Assembly: GCA_965217035.1 (NCBI GenBank)
Contig: OZ244226.1
Coordinates: 248,001-312,000 of the forward strand
From: Bacteriovoracaceae bacterium
GTDB lineage: Bacteria > Bdellovibrionota > Bacteriovoracia > Bacteriovoracales > Bacteriovoracaceae
Length of the DNA: 64,000 nt
Reading direction: 5' to 3'
The translations under genes were made by a program, and so were the position numbers. This document shows, one piece after another, positions 49,255 through 59,048 of this stretch (position 1 is the stretch's first letter; every line of letters begins with the position of its first letter). Under the pieces are notes generated by a model, which worked only from the letters and a program-made list of their open reading frames with translations, did not search any database and was not told the origin of the DNA.

Positions 49255-50381
49255 ACGAGCTCCACAAAGAACTCGAAGTTCAAATTGAAAAGTTTTGCGA
49301 AGAAAGAATTTGGCCAACAGCTGAGCATGATGATGAAAATGAAATCTTCAATAAAGATATTTTCACCGGTTTAGGGAATCTCGGTCTTTGCGGTATGACT
49401 CTCCCTTCTCAATTTGGTGGAGCAGAACTGACTTATCAAGATCTGTGCTTTGTTCTTGGTGTCATTTCTCGTTATTCGGTTTCTTATGCCGTAACACTCT
49501 CTGTATCAACAATGGTCCAATCTATTCTTAACGAATTTGGGACTGAGGAACAAAAAGCCAAATACCTTCCAGCTTTGACCTCTGGTCAAGAGATTGGGGC
49601 TTTTTCGCTTTCTGAATCTCATTCAGGTTCTGATGCAGCCAATTTAAAAACAACGGCCAAGAAGACTGATGGTGGTTATATCTTAAATGGAACAAAAATG
49701 TGGGTCACTTCTGGTGGAGTTGCCAAAACTTATATCGTGATGGCGCGAACTGGAGACGACTCTTCAGCAGGAATCTCAGCCTTCATCGTTGAAGATGAAT
49801 CGGAAGGTTTCAGCTACGGAAAAAAAGAAAAGAAGATGGGTTGGCGGGCTTCTCCTACGCGAGAGCTCGTTTTTGAAAACTGCTTTATTCCAGAGGAAAA
49901 TCTCTTAGCTGTTGAAGGAATGGGATTTAAAATCGCAATGGCAGCTTTAAATAAAGGAAGAATTACTATTGGAGCTATCGGGGTTGGCCTGGCCGAAAGT
50001 GCTCTCAAGCATGCAGCTGTTTATGCTCTCGATCGTGTCCAATTCAATAAGCCTATCTATGATTTCCAAGGGCTCCAGTTCATGATTGCGGACTCCGCGA
50101 CAGAAGTCGAAGCAAGCCGATACCTGGTCCAAAAAGCCGCTGAAAATTACGACAATGATATCCCTGATGTTAAACTCGCAGCGATGGCAAAGATGAAAGC
50201 CACCGATACGGCCATGAAAGTTACGACTGATGCTGTTCAAATTTTGGGAGGAGTAGGTTACACTGCCGAATATCCTATTGAGCGATTTATGAGAGATGCA
50301 AAAGTTCTACAAATCGTTGAAGGGACTAATCAAATTCAACGACTCGTCATTGGACGAGAGATAAAAAAAGAACTTAGCTAA
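49251..50381 (+). CDS. Acyl-CoA dehydrogenase (short/branched-chain type)
   Basis: 'LSESHSGSDA', 'NGTKMWVT', 'RDAKVLQIVEGTNQIQR'. Confidence 0.93.
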   Translation: MNELHKELEVQIEKFCEERIWPTAEHDDENEIFNKDIFTGLGNLGLCGMTLPSQFGGAELTYQDLCFVLGVISRYSVSYAVTLSVSTMVQSILNEFGTEEQKAKYLPALTSGQEIGAFSLSESHSGSDAANLKTTAKKTDGGYILNGTKMWVTSGGVAKTYIVMARTGDDSSAGISAFIVEDESEGFSYGKKEKKMGWRASPTRELVFENCFIPEENLLAVEGMGFKIAMAALNKGRITIGAIGVGLAESALKHAAVYALDRVQFNKPIYDFQGLQFMIADSATEVEASRYLVQKAAENYDNDIPDVKLAAMAKMKATDTAMKVTTDAVQILGGVGYTAEYPIERFMRDAKVLQIVEGTNQIQRLVIGREIKKELS

Positions 50382-51607
50382 TGGAACTCATCCAACATCA
50401 AGAACCTCTAAAAACAAACTCTAGCGATAAAGAAGATTTAAAAAGCTATTTTAAAGACTTCCTCGCAAATCACCCTCGAAAAGAGATCTTCTTTTCTCAT
50501 GATTCGACAGCTGAACTTCGCAAAGAGCTTGCCCAAAAACATGCAAAGAAGAAATTCTTTGTTCATATGGGTATGGGTGGAAGCTCCTTGGGCCCAGAGA
50601 CATTTATAAAAAGTCTCCTTCCCTATCATCCAGAAAAAAGCTTTTTATTTTTAAATAATGTTGATTCTGACGAATTGGCTTCGATCCTCGATTCAATTAA
50701 TTTAAAAGAAAGTCTTTTTTACGTTGTTTCTAAATCCGGCGGAACGATTGAAACCCTCAGTCTTATGGTTCTCGTCGATGCGAAATTGCAGGAAAAATTT
50801 GGCGATGATTATGATCGATCCCACTACTTTGTTTTTTGTACCGACCCAAAAGAAAGTTATCTGCTTAATCTTTCTCAAGAGTGGAAAGTTCCCTGCCTTC
50901 AGATTGCAAGTGATATAGGAGGACGGTATAGCGTCCTTACTGATGTCGGACTTTTTCCTCTCGAGTTTGCTGGGCTAGATACTTCCAAGGTTCAAAAAAC
51001 TCAAAAAGAATATTCTGAATTTTTGAGTTCTGACGAGACTTTATATGACTTCGCGATAGAAATTTTTGAACAATTCAAACAAGGAAAGAACCAAACTGTT
51101 CTTATGCCCTACTCATCAGTCCTTAAGTCATTATCTCTTTGGTTTGTTCAACTCTGGGCCGAAAGCCTTGGGAAAACCTCTGATAAAGGTCCAATTGGAT
51201 TGACTCCCTTATTCGCTTATGGACCGACTGATCAACATTCTCAAATGCAACTTTTCATGGAAGGACCTGCTGATAAACTCCTTCTTTTCATCGAAGTTGA
51301 AAAAACAAAAAATCAATTTCGTTTTGATAGCGAGTTAGATCATAAAAAGATCAAACTGATTAAGGGGCAAACACTTCATGACGTTCTATTAGCTGAACTT
51401 AACGGGACTCGTGATGCCCTTTCAGAAAAGAAGCTTCCTCATTACAGCTTAAAGATTAGCGAAGTTTCTGAAGAATCTATAACTAAACTCTTTTTATTTC
51501 TCGAAGCACTTACAATTCTCACTGGAAAGCTCCTAAATGTTGACCCTTTCGATCAACCAGGAGTCGAACTAGGAAAGACTCTTTGTTTGAAGCACTTGGA
51601 GCAATAA
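50381..51607 (+). CDS. pgi: Glucose-6-phosphate isomerase
   Basis: 'GMGGSSLG', 'SKSGGTIET', 'GGRYS', 'QLWAESLGK', 'DQHS', 'FDQPGVELGK'. Confidence 0.95.
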   Translation: MELIQHQEPLKTNSSDKEDLKSYFKDFLANHPRKEIFFSHDSTAELRKELAQKHAKKKFFVHMGMGGSSLGPETFIKSLLPYHPEKSFLFLNNVDSDELASILDSINLKESLFYVVSKSGGTIETLSLMVLVDAKLQEKFGDDYDRSHYFVFCTDPKESYLLNLSQEWKVPCLQIASDIGGRYSVLTDVGLFPLEFAGLDTSKVQKTQKEYSEFLSSDETLYDFAIEIFEQFKQGKNQTVLMPYSSVLKSLSLWFVQLWAESLGKTSDKGPIGLTPLFAYGPTDQHSQMQLFMEGPADKLLLFIEVEKTKNQFRFDSELDHKKIKLIKGQTLHDVLLAELNGTRDALSEKKLPHYSLKISEVSEESITKLFLFLEALTILTGKLLNVDPFDQPGVELGKTLCLKHLEQ

Positions 51608-51669
51608 CAATGTTAACGAAACTAACCTCCTTGAACAAAAGCCGCATGTTAGGATAAACTGCTTAAGAG

Positions 51670-52590
51670 ATGGCTGACGATAATTCGACCCTAGTTATTA
51701 CCAATATTTATGACGCTTTAAAGTCCACTGAAGACGAAGCGAAGTATAAACCTGCCTGCCTGGTTGTTGTAGGTGGCGATCTTAATGGAACACTCTTTGA
51801 TCTCGTTGATAGAACAACTATAGGTCGAGGACCTAACAATACTATTCCTTTGGAATTTCAAGGGATTTCAAGACAGCATTTTCAAATTATGGTTGAAGAT
51901 ATTTCTGAAACTGAAGCTAATGCTGTGATTGAAGATCTTGAATCAAGTAATGGAACTTTTTTAAACAATTCAAGAATCGAAGGAAAAAAGGTTCTCAAGA
52001 AAAATGACATCATTAAAGTCGGAACGATTGCTTTTAAGTATCTTCCAAAAGGAGATCCTGAAAGGCTGACTTATGATAAGCTCCATGAAGAAGCTAATAC
52101 TGATGGTCTCACTAAGTGCTTTAATAAAACATATTTCAATAATGCTCTCGATCTCGAAGTCAAAAAGTCTAAAGTAACTGGTTCCCCTTTAAGTTTGATC
52201 ATTTTTGATCTCGATCATTTCAAAAGACTTAACGACAACTATGGCCATGATGCGGGTGACTTTGTTCTTAAAGAAATGGCCAATATTATTCGTAACCATG
52301 GAATTCGTGATGGAGACATCTTTGCTCGTTACGGAGGTGAAGAGTTTGTTGTTCTCCTTCCAAAGACAAATCTCAAGCATAGTTTTGAAATTGCAGAACG
52401 CTTAAGGAGGATGATTGAAGATCATAATTTCAACTATGAATCTCAGAAACTTCCAGTAACTGCCTCCATTGGCGTAGCCGACTACAGAAAAGGTGTTCAA
52501 ACAGGAACCGATCTTTTCAAAAGGGCGGATCAATCGGTTTATACTTCAAAAGAAAATGGAAGAAATCAGGTTAACTTCTATAAAGTTTAG
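51670..52590 (+). CDS. FHA-GGDEF diguanylate cyclase (Bdellovibrio DgcB-like)
   Basis: FHA 'IGR...ISRQH...SSNGTFLN'; active GGEEF; 'DLDHFKRLNDNYGHDAGD'; RxxD (RDGD) I-site. Confidence 0.9.
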   Translation: MADDNSTLVITNIYDALKSTEDEAKYKPACLVVVGGDLNGTLFDLVDRTTIGRGPNNTIPLEFQGISRQHFQIMVEDISETEANAVIEDLESSNGTFLNNSRIEGKKVLKKNDIIKVGTIAFKYLPKGDPERLTYDKLHEEANTDGLTKCFNKTYFNNALDLEVKKSKVTGSPLSLIIFDLDHFKRLNDNYGHDAGDFVLKEMANIIRNHGIRDGDIFARYGGEEFVVLLPKTNLKHSFEIAERLRRMIEDHNFNYESQKLPVTASIGVADYRKGVQTGTDLFKRADQSVYTSKENGRNQVNFYKV

Positions 52591-53530
52591 TTTTTTTTAA
52601 CTTCGCAAAAAAATCTTTTTCAGAAATAAGAACTTTAATAACAACGGCAATAATGAGACTTGTTAGTCCTATAATTTGAAAAATGTCAGAGTCTTGATAA
52701 AGAACAATAGCACCCATTCCAAAAGAGAAAACAGGATACAGAAGTTCTAGATAGGCAACACTCGTTGCCTTGAGATGCTTGAGTCCTTTGTAATAAAGAA
52801 CCATCGCAAAGAAACCAGAGACCAAACTCAAAAACAGAATCGTTACAGATGTTTTTTGAGTGAGCATTTGCACCTCAGGTGGTCCATTCCAAATGAAAAG
52901 TACGCAAGCCGCAACAAACGCAACTCCCCAGCGGATAAAAGCAAGGAACAAGGGCGAATATGTCTTTAAAAGCTGTTTCCCGACAACTGTACAGCTTCCC
53001 CAAATAAGAGTTGCAACAATTGACGCAAGGATACTCATAGGGTTATTGACGATATTTTCAAGAAAAACTCCAGAACGAATATCAGAGAAATTCATCAGCA
53101 GACCAGAGATCATGATGAAGGCAAACCAAATGAAATTCTTACTATCAAATTTTTCAGCAAGAAATTTTGAGGCCAATATGGCCACGAAAAGAGGCTGGAT
53201 AAACTGAAAAAAAGAATAACTTTCCAATCCAACCTGAAACAAACTCTTGGTAAGAAAGAAACTACCGACTGATGAACCCAAAAGGCCAATAAAGAGAAAG
53301 CCATAAAGGTGCTGCTTTTTAAAGAGTTTAAACTGCTTAAACGATGAGCTAAGGATCCATGGAGTAAGGAAGAGAATAGCGAAACCATACTCATAAACAA
53401 GTAAATCGAAGGTTTTAATTTGACCTTGTAAAGGCTCCCGGAGAACTAAATCAGTACTCCATAGAAAACAAGATACAATAATAAAGAATACAAAATTCAA
53501 AAAATCCCCTCTTCCAACTTGAGTCATCAA
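52571..53530 (-). CDS. DMT/EamA family transporter
   Basis: About 10 TM segments in two repeats; 'QPLFVAILA..FLAEK', 'LYYKGLKHLKAT'. Confidence 0.85.
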   Translation of the reverse strand: MMTQVGRGDFLNFVFFIIVSCFLWSTDLVLREPLQGQIKTFDLLVYEYGFAILFLTPWILSSSFKQFKLFKKQHLYGFLFIGLLGSSVGSFFLTKSLFQVGLESYSFFQFIQPLFVAILASKFLAEKFDSKNFIWFAFIMISGLLMNFSDIRSGVFLENIVNNPMSILASIVATLIWGSCTVVGKQLLKTYSPLFLAFIRWGVAFVAACVLFIWNGPPEVQMLTQKTSVTILFLSLVSGFFAMVLYYKGLKHLKATSVAYLELLYPVFSFGMGAIVLYQDSDIFQIIGLTSLIIAVVIKVLISEKDFFAKLKKTKLYRS

Positions 53531-53674
53531 TTCCGGTGATAGGTTGTCATGAACCCTTTCCTAACATCAAGTGGAAAAAGTGGTGTCATCCTGTCTAAAT
53601 GGACCAACCAATTATCAACATCTTAACGCATCGAAGCTACCCAATTGAAGCTCTGCCTTTTACTCTGCTGCTTT

Positions 53675-55210
53675 ATGGAAATTCAATTACTTCCGGAACA
53701 TATCATTGATCAAATTAAGGCCGGCGAAGTCATCGACTCCCCCGCTGGGATCATAAAAGAACTTATCGAAAATGCGATCGATGCAGAAGCTTCAAGAGTA
53801 GAAGTTCATCTCGTAAATAACGGACTCGAACTTATCTCTATTAAAGACAATGGAAAAGGAATCGGCTTTGGAGATCTTCCTCTTGCTTTTGCCCGCCATG
53901 CGACTAGTAAAATTGAAAAGTTTGAAGATCTCTATCGCTGTTCCTCATTCGGTTTCCGTGGTGAAGCACTCGCAAGTCTTGCTAGCGTTGCTAAGGTCAC
54001 TTGCCAAAGCTCAACGACAAAAGAAAAAGGACAAAAAATTATTTTTGAAGGAGGGAAGCTCCTTCTTCATGAAAAAGTTTCACGTGACTTACCTATTGGT
54101 ACAGAAATTTTTGTGAAAGATCTCTTTTTTAATACTCCTGCGCGATTTAAGTTTTTGACTTCTCAAGCAGGAGAAAAATCACGAATTAAAAAAATTCTTA
54201 ACTACTATTTGATTTCTCACCCCCAAGTAAATTTTTCAATCAAGTGGGACGACCAAGATAAGATTATTTATCCAGAAATGAACCAGATTGAAAGATTTCA
54301 AAAAGTGACAAAAACGACTGAAGAAGAGCTTATTAAACTTGAAAATCAATATGAAGACCTCTTTGTAGAAGGAGTTATCAGTAAAAAAGAAAAATCACGG
54401 CCTCTTCAATTTTGCTATGTCAATAAAAGACCTATCGAAGACGAGAGAATTCGAAATACTCTCAATCATACATTGCTCAGTTATGGTTTTTCTCGAAAAC
54501 AAGATTGGATTATTAATCTCGAAATCCCTTTCAATAAGATTGATGTTAATGTTCATCCAAAGAAAACAAGGATCAAATTTTTCCAACCTTCTGTTGTCTA
54601 CTCTTTGATTTCAAACTCTTTAAAACATTATTTTCAAAATCGTAAAATTGAAACTCAAGCCCAAATTTATGAGCCGATCTCAAAGCCAATCGAAGAATAC
54701 CAGAAACCGATTAAGGATCCTTCTAATCAAGTGAAAAATACTTTTATTGGCTCCCAAGTCAACTTTGCTCAAACTCGCTCGTCCCTCTCTTATTTAAAAA
54801 ATAAATCAGGGATTCTCCTTAATTTTGAAGAAAGATTCTGGGGAATAAGCAAGCAAGAGCTTGCTAAAAAGGTTCTTCATTATATACAAAATAATACTCA
54901 AGAGATTACTCCTTTACTTGTGGCGACTCCTCTCGAAATGAAACAACTAAGGCCAATGACTCTTTCTCTTTTGCAAGAACTACAAATTGAGACTCAAGCA
55001 ATTGAAGAAAATTACTGGGTCGTGAAGAGTTTGCCCACAATACTCGCAGACTTTTCAGGATCAGCTTTGAATAATTTCATCTTAATATTAGAACAAAATC
55101 TTAATTTTCAGGAAGCTTTCGAATCACTTATTAACGAAGTTGAACAAACCTCTATTGAAGTTCTTTTTAAAAAAGATTTCTTCAAACTAGTTCATCTAAA
55201 CAAACTATGA
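53675..55210 (+). CDS. mutL: DNA mismatch repair protein MutL (short, degenerate C-terminus)
   Basis: 'IKAGEVI', 'KELIENAIDA', 'DNGKG', 'HATSK', 'GFRGEAL', 'DVNVHP'; upstream of miaA. Confidence 0.92.
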   Translation: MEIQLLPEHIIDQIKAGEVIDSPAGIIKELIENAIDAEASRVEVHLVNNGLELISIKDNGKGIGFGDLPLAFARHATSKIEKFEDLYRCSSFGFRGEALASLASVAKVTCQSSTTKEKGQKIIFEGGKLLLHEKVSRDLPIGTEIFVKDLFFNTPARFKFLTSQAGEKSRIKKILNYYLISHPQVNFSIKWDDQDKIIYPEMNQIERFQKVTKTTEEELIKLENQYEDLFVEGVISKKEKSRPLQFCYVNKRPIEDERIRNTLNHTLLSYGFSRKQDWIINLEIPFNKIDVNVHPKKTRIKFFQPSVVYSLISNSLKHYFQNRKIETQAQIYEPISKPIEEYQKPIKDPSNQVKNTFIGSQVNFAQTRSSLSYLKNKSGILLNFEERFWGISKQELAKKVLHYIQNNTQEITPLLVATPLEMKQLRPMTLSLLQELQIETQAIEENYWVVKSLPTILADFSGSALNNFILILEQNLNFQEAFESLINEVEQTSIEVLFKKDFFKLVHLNKL

Positions 55211-56148
55211 AAAAAGTTCTCGTTATTTCTGGTCCAACGGCAACGGGAAAAACGTCTTCCGCCATTTCCATTGCTCAAGAAAACCATGCCGAAATTGTAA
55301 ACTTTGATTCTTTATTATTCTATAAGGAACTCAATATTGGAGTTGCGAAGCCAACCGAAGAAGAGCAAAGACAAGTTCTTCACCATTTTGTATCTTGTAC
55401 TTCAGTAGCAACCCCCTATAATGCCTCGTTTTTCTCTCAAAAAGCAGCCGAAAGAATTCAAGAAATTCATTCAAGAGGTAGAGCTGTTATTCTTGTTGGT
55501 GGAAGTGGCTTTTACCTTCAAGCTTTACTACAAGGAATGTATGAATCACCTTCTACTCCGATTGAAGTATTGGAAAGATCAGAAAATCTCTATCAAGCAG
55601 AAGGTATCTCACCCTTTCTTAATATCTTAAAAGAGCATGACCCTGCTTCCTTCAGGCTTTACCATGCAAATGATCATTATAGAATAAGAAGAGCGGTCGA
55701 ACATTATTGGGCCTGGGAAACAAAATTTTCTGAAGTTCGTTCCACAAAAGACAAACAAGATCGATCCCATTGGCCAATGAATCAATTAGAGTGGGATGTC
55801 TACCATGCTCATCTCGATATTCCTAAAGAGAAACATTGGGACATTATTCAAGAAAGGACTCGATCAATGTTGGATGCTGGACTAGTTGATGAAGTTAAAG
55901 CTTTGCTTGAAAACTTCTCAGGGAAAGAGAAACCATTACAATCGATTGGCTACAAGGAAGTTCAAAAACTCCTTTCAGGCGAATTAAAAACTCTTGAAGA
56001 ATGTGAAGGAAGAATTAATATCTCGACTCGGCAATTGGCAAAAGCTCAGAGAACTTGGTTTAAATCTAGAGAAAAAACAAACTTCAATTCACTCACTGAC
56101 CAAGAGAAAATGTTCGAAGAATTTACAAACTTCCTGGAGGAAGTATGA
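55207..56148 (+). CDS. miaA: tRNA dimethylallyltransferase
   Basis: 'GPTATGKT', 'DS', 'IGVAKP', 'VGGSGFY', 'IGYKE', 'TRQLAKAQRTWF'. Confidence 0.95.
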   Translation: MKKVLVISGPTATGKTSSAISIAQENHAEIVNFDSLLFYKELNIGVAKPTEEEQRQVLHHFVSCTSVATPYNASFFSQKAAERIQEIHSRGRAVILVGGSGFYLQALLQGMYESPSTPIEVLERSENLYQAEGISPFLNILKEHDPASFRLYHANDHYRIRRAVEHYWAWETKFSEVRSTKDKQDRSHWPMNQLEWDVYHAHLDIPKEKHWDIIQERTRSMLDAGLVDEVKALLENFSGKEKPLQSIGYKEVQKLLSGELKTLEECEGRINISTRQLAKAQRTWFKSREKTNFNSLTDQEKMFEEFTNFLEEV

Positions 56149-56606
56149 TTACGATTAGAAAAATGAATGAAGTTGAGTTTGAGTTTTCTAAAGGAAAACC
56201 TCATGAAACCTATATTCAAGGGATGGTGAGAGCTCAAAAGATACCATTAGAAAAGGCTAAGGAGATAGCCAAGAAACAAATTCAAGAGATACTACCAGAA
56301 GGTTTTCATACACCAAACCACTTCTTCTATTCTGTTATCCTCGATGAGAAGCTCATCGGTTATGCTTGGTTTCAAGCAAGAGAAGAATCAATAAAAACAG
56401 CTTGGGGATATGATATTTACATAGAAGAGGAATATCGCAGACAAGGTTTTGCAAAAAAAGTTTTTGAGCAGCTATCCATCGAATTAAAAGAAGCAGGCTT
56501 CTCTCAAATGTCTTTTCATGTTTATGCAGACAATAAACCTGCGATTTCTCTTTATGAGAAATTTGGATTTGAAACAACTAATATCGTGATGAGAAAAGAG
56601 TTATAA
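56145..56606 (+). CDS. GNAT N-acetyltransferase
   Basis: 'EEYRRQGFA', 'NKPAISLYEKFGF'. Confidence 0.9.
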   Translation: MITIRKMNEVEFEFSKGKPHETYIQGMVRAQKIPLEKAKEIAKKQIQEILPEGFHTPNHFFYSVILDEKLIGYAWFQAREESIKTAWGYDIYIEEEYRRQGFAKKVFEQLSIELKEAGFSQMSFHVYADNKPAISLYEKFGFETTNIVMRKEL

Positions 56607-56635
56607 AAAAGGCTCCGCTAAAAGCGAAGCCCTTT
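56606..56635. terminator. Probable bidirectional terminator
   Basis: AAAAAGGCTCCGC-TAAAA-GCGAAGCCCTTT hairpin flanked by A and T runs. Confidence 0.55.
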
Positions 56636-56652
56636 AAAAATTATTTTTCTGA

Positions 56653-56860
56653 TTATTTTAGAAAACAGCTCATTTCAATAAGATCATTAGTCCAGCCTTC
56701 TTCTCCAAATACTCTAAGATAAGCAGTGAAATTATCTGATGAAATCGTTTGAGGAAGGAAAAGACTTGCCATAATAAGCAGTCAATTGGACTTTCGCATT
56801 CATCTCTCCACCATCCCATCCTTCAACTTCCTCTAATGAAGTACAGATAAGAACTGAAAT
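56653..56860 (-). pseudogene. Frameshifted 3' remnant of a protein gene
   Basis: 'LEEVEGWDGGEMNAKVQLTAY' continues in another frame as 'MASLFLPQTISSDNFTAYLRVFGEEGWTNDLIEMSCFLK*'. Confidence 0.35.
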
Positions 56861-57016
56861 AGTCCTATGTCTAGAAATAGGACTTTGTAAAAATGAAATG
56901 TTTCGCCTTTCAAGCCCGACTAAACAAGTCCACTTCAAGGGTCTTAATTTCAACTGTCAGCAGGCTAAATAACCAGAATTACATAAAAAAAAGACTCTCT
57001 TCCCCTTAATTTTCAA

Positions 57017-57044
57017 TAAAGTTTCTTCTTCATTCATCCGATAA
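57017..57044 (+). promoter_or_regulatory. Sigma-28-like promoter
   Basis: TAAA-N16-TCCGATAA, 18 nt before the kinase ATG. Confidence 0.65.
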
Positions 57045-57062
57045 AGATCATGAGGTTTTTAA

Positions 57063-59048
57063 ATGCCAAATGGTAAAAATGCTTTTGATATTCAACGCTT
57101 TGGGCGTTATTTGTTACTCGATCATCTTGTCGATGGCGGAATGGCAAAGATTTGTCGTGCAAGATTCTTAGGCGAACAAGCAAATAAAATTGTTGCAATC
57201 AAAATGATTCAAGAGCAGTATTCTAAAGATCCTGCTTTCGTTCAGATGTTTCGTGATGAACTGAAAGTAACCTTCGGCCTTATTCATCCCAATATTGCTC
57301 AAACTTATGATTACGGTGAAGTCGATCACATTCTCTACACGGCGATGGAATATGTCGATGGAGCTAACCTTAAGCAATTTCTTGATCGTTTAAAGAAAAG
57401 AAAGTTTGTTTTCCCAGTTGAAATCTCGACATATATTATCTCACAGGTTTGCCAGGCACTCTTTTATGCTCACACCTTTACAGATAAGCTGACTGGAAAA
57501 TCTTATAATATTATTCATAGAGATATATCCCCTCATAATATCATGCTCACATATGATGGTGCAGTTAAGGTCATTGATTTTGGTATTGCAAAGGCTGAAA
57601 CGAACTCTGAGGCCACCCAGGCCGGTACCATTAAAGGGAAACTTTCTTACCTCGCTCCCGAGTATCTTGATGGCCTAGAACTTGATCATCGTTATGATCA
57701 ATTTGCAGTTGGTATTACTCTTTGGGAAATGCTTTGTAGCCGTAAGCTTTTCACTGCTCCTAATGACCTTGCAGTTTTAAAACAGATCCAAGCTTGTAAA
57801 GTGGCTCCTCCTTCGAGTATCAACCCCAATGTACCAAAAGAACTTGATGAAATTGTTCTTCGAGCTCTGAGTAAAGATAGAAATAATCGTTTTAAAGATA
57901 TGGATGCTCTCAATAGAGCACTTGTTAGATTTCTCTATGCTAAATATCCTGATTTCAATGCGACAGACCTTTCTTTCTTTGCGAAAGAACTCTTCAAAGA
58001 AGATATTATCCTCGATAGAGAGCGACTCGTTGAATATGGAAAGATTGATATCAAGCCATTTATCAATGATTATGAGAGCTCTTATCAAGGTATTCCTCAA
58101 AAAGGAGTTGATGCTTCTACTGTTGAGGCTTTAATTGTTACAAAGAAAGAAGGAACAATTGAATTTGATATGAGCGAGGGTGAAAAAGCTGATTTTGACT
58201 TTACTCGCTCAATGAGAAGAAACAACTTTACCAAAAAGATGGAGGAAGAGAACAATAAAGTTCAGACGGTTCTCAGAGATAATAAAAAAGTTAATCGCAA
58301 CTTAAGAAAAAACAAAGCTGAAAGAGAAAAAATCAACCAAACAAGAACTTATCAACTTGAGCAAAGAAATAGCGGTTTATTCAGCAAAATAGCCGTTATG
58401 GCAATTCTAGCTTTTGGAGTTCTTTATTATTTACGCCCTAATCTCGCAAAAAAATATATCGCGGACTTTGCAGAACTGGTAAAAGAGCAAATCGGTGGAC
58501 CCAATAGACAACCGGCATCTTGCAATCCAAGCTTAGATCCTAATTGTGGAAAACCTAAACAGAAAGAACCAATTGTTTCAGAGAATCCTCCCCCAGTTCC
58601 TCCTCAAAAAGAATTAACAAAAGGGAAAATTTTCTTTGAAGGTTATGAACCGGGAATGACGATTTCAATCAATGGAGAAAAGGTTACTTATTCGCTTTGG
58701 GGTATTGAAGTTCTTTTAAATGAAAAAATTAGGGTTCAGATTTCAAAGAAAAATCATTCTAGCGTCAAAAAAGTGATAAAACTTACTGAAGAAGAGAGTA
58801 AGTATAGTTTTATTATTCCTGAAATGAGAATCTCCGACGAAGGTCTTCTTTCAAGTAAAAAGAAATACCCTAGAGGAACTTATCTGATCTATACAGTGAG
58901 CGATAAACGCTATCGTAAAAAACTCCCAATCAAGAATTACCGAATGCCAGCGGGTATGTATGATGGTGTTATCTATAACAAAAAGCATAAAATTAATAAA
59001 CGTGTCTTAATCAAGATCGAAAAAGATAAACATCATTATTTAAAGTAA
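57063..59048 (+). CDS. Hanks-type Ser/Thr protein kinase with a TM helix and periplasmic (PEGA-like) C-terminus
   Basis: 'GGMA', 'VAIK', 'HRDISPHN', 'DFG', 'YLAPE'; TM 'IAVMAILAFGVLYYL'. Confidence 0.95.
   Translation: MPNGKNAFDIQRFGRYLLLDHLVDGGMAKICRARFLGEQANKIVAIKMIQEQYSKDPAFVQMFRDELKVTFGLIHPNIAQTYDYGEVDHILYTAMEYVDGANLKQFLDRLKKRKFVFPVEISTYIISQVCQALFYAHTFTDKLTGKSYNIIHRDISPHNIMLTYDGAVKVIDFGIAKAETNSEATQAGTIKGKLSYLAPEYLDGLELDHRYDQFAVGITLWEMLCSRKLFTAPNDLAVLKQIQACKVAPPSSINPNVPKELDEIVLRALSKDRNNRFKDMDALNRALVRFLYAKYPDFNATDLSFFAKELFKEDIILDRERLVEYGKIDIKPFINDYESSYQGIPQKGVDASTVEALIVTKKEGTIEFDMSEGEKADFDFTRSMRRNNFTKKMEEENNKVQTVLRDNKKVNRNLRKNKAEREKINQTRTYQLEQRNSGLFSKIAVMAILAFGVLYYLRPNLAKKYIADFAELVKEQIGGPNRQPASCNPSLDPNCGKPKQKEPIVSENPPPVPPQKELTKGKIFFEGYEPGMTISINGEKVTYSLWGIEVLLNEKIRVQISKKNHSSVKKVIKLTEEESKYSFIIPEMRISDEGLLSSKKKYPRGTYLIYTVSDKRYRKKLPIKNYRMPAGMYDGVIYNKKHKINKRVLIKIEKDKHHYLK

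Noticed and set aside
56861..56884. Resemblance to the yeast FRT site (CCTAT..TCTAGAAA..TAGGA)
   Set aside because: Arm lengths and sequence do not match FRT and no vector sequence is nearby; treated as coincidence.
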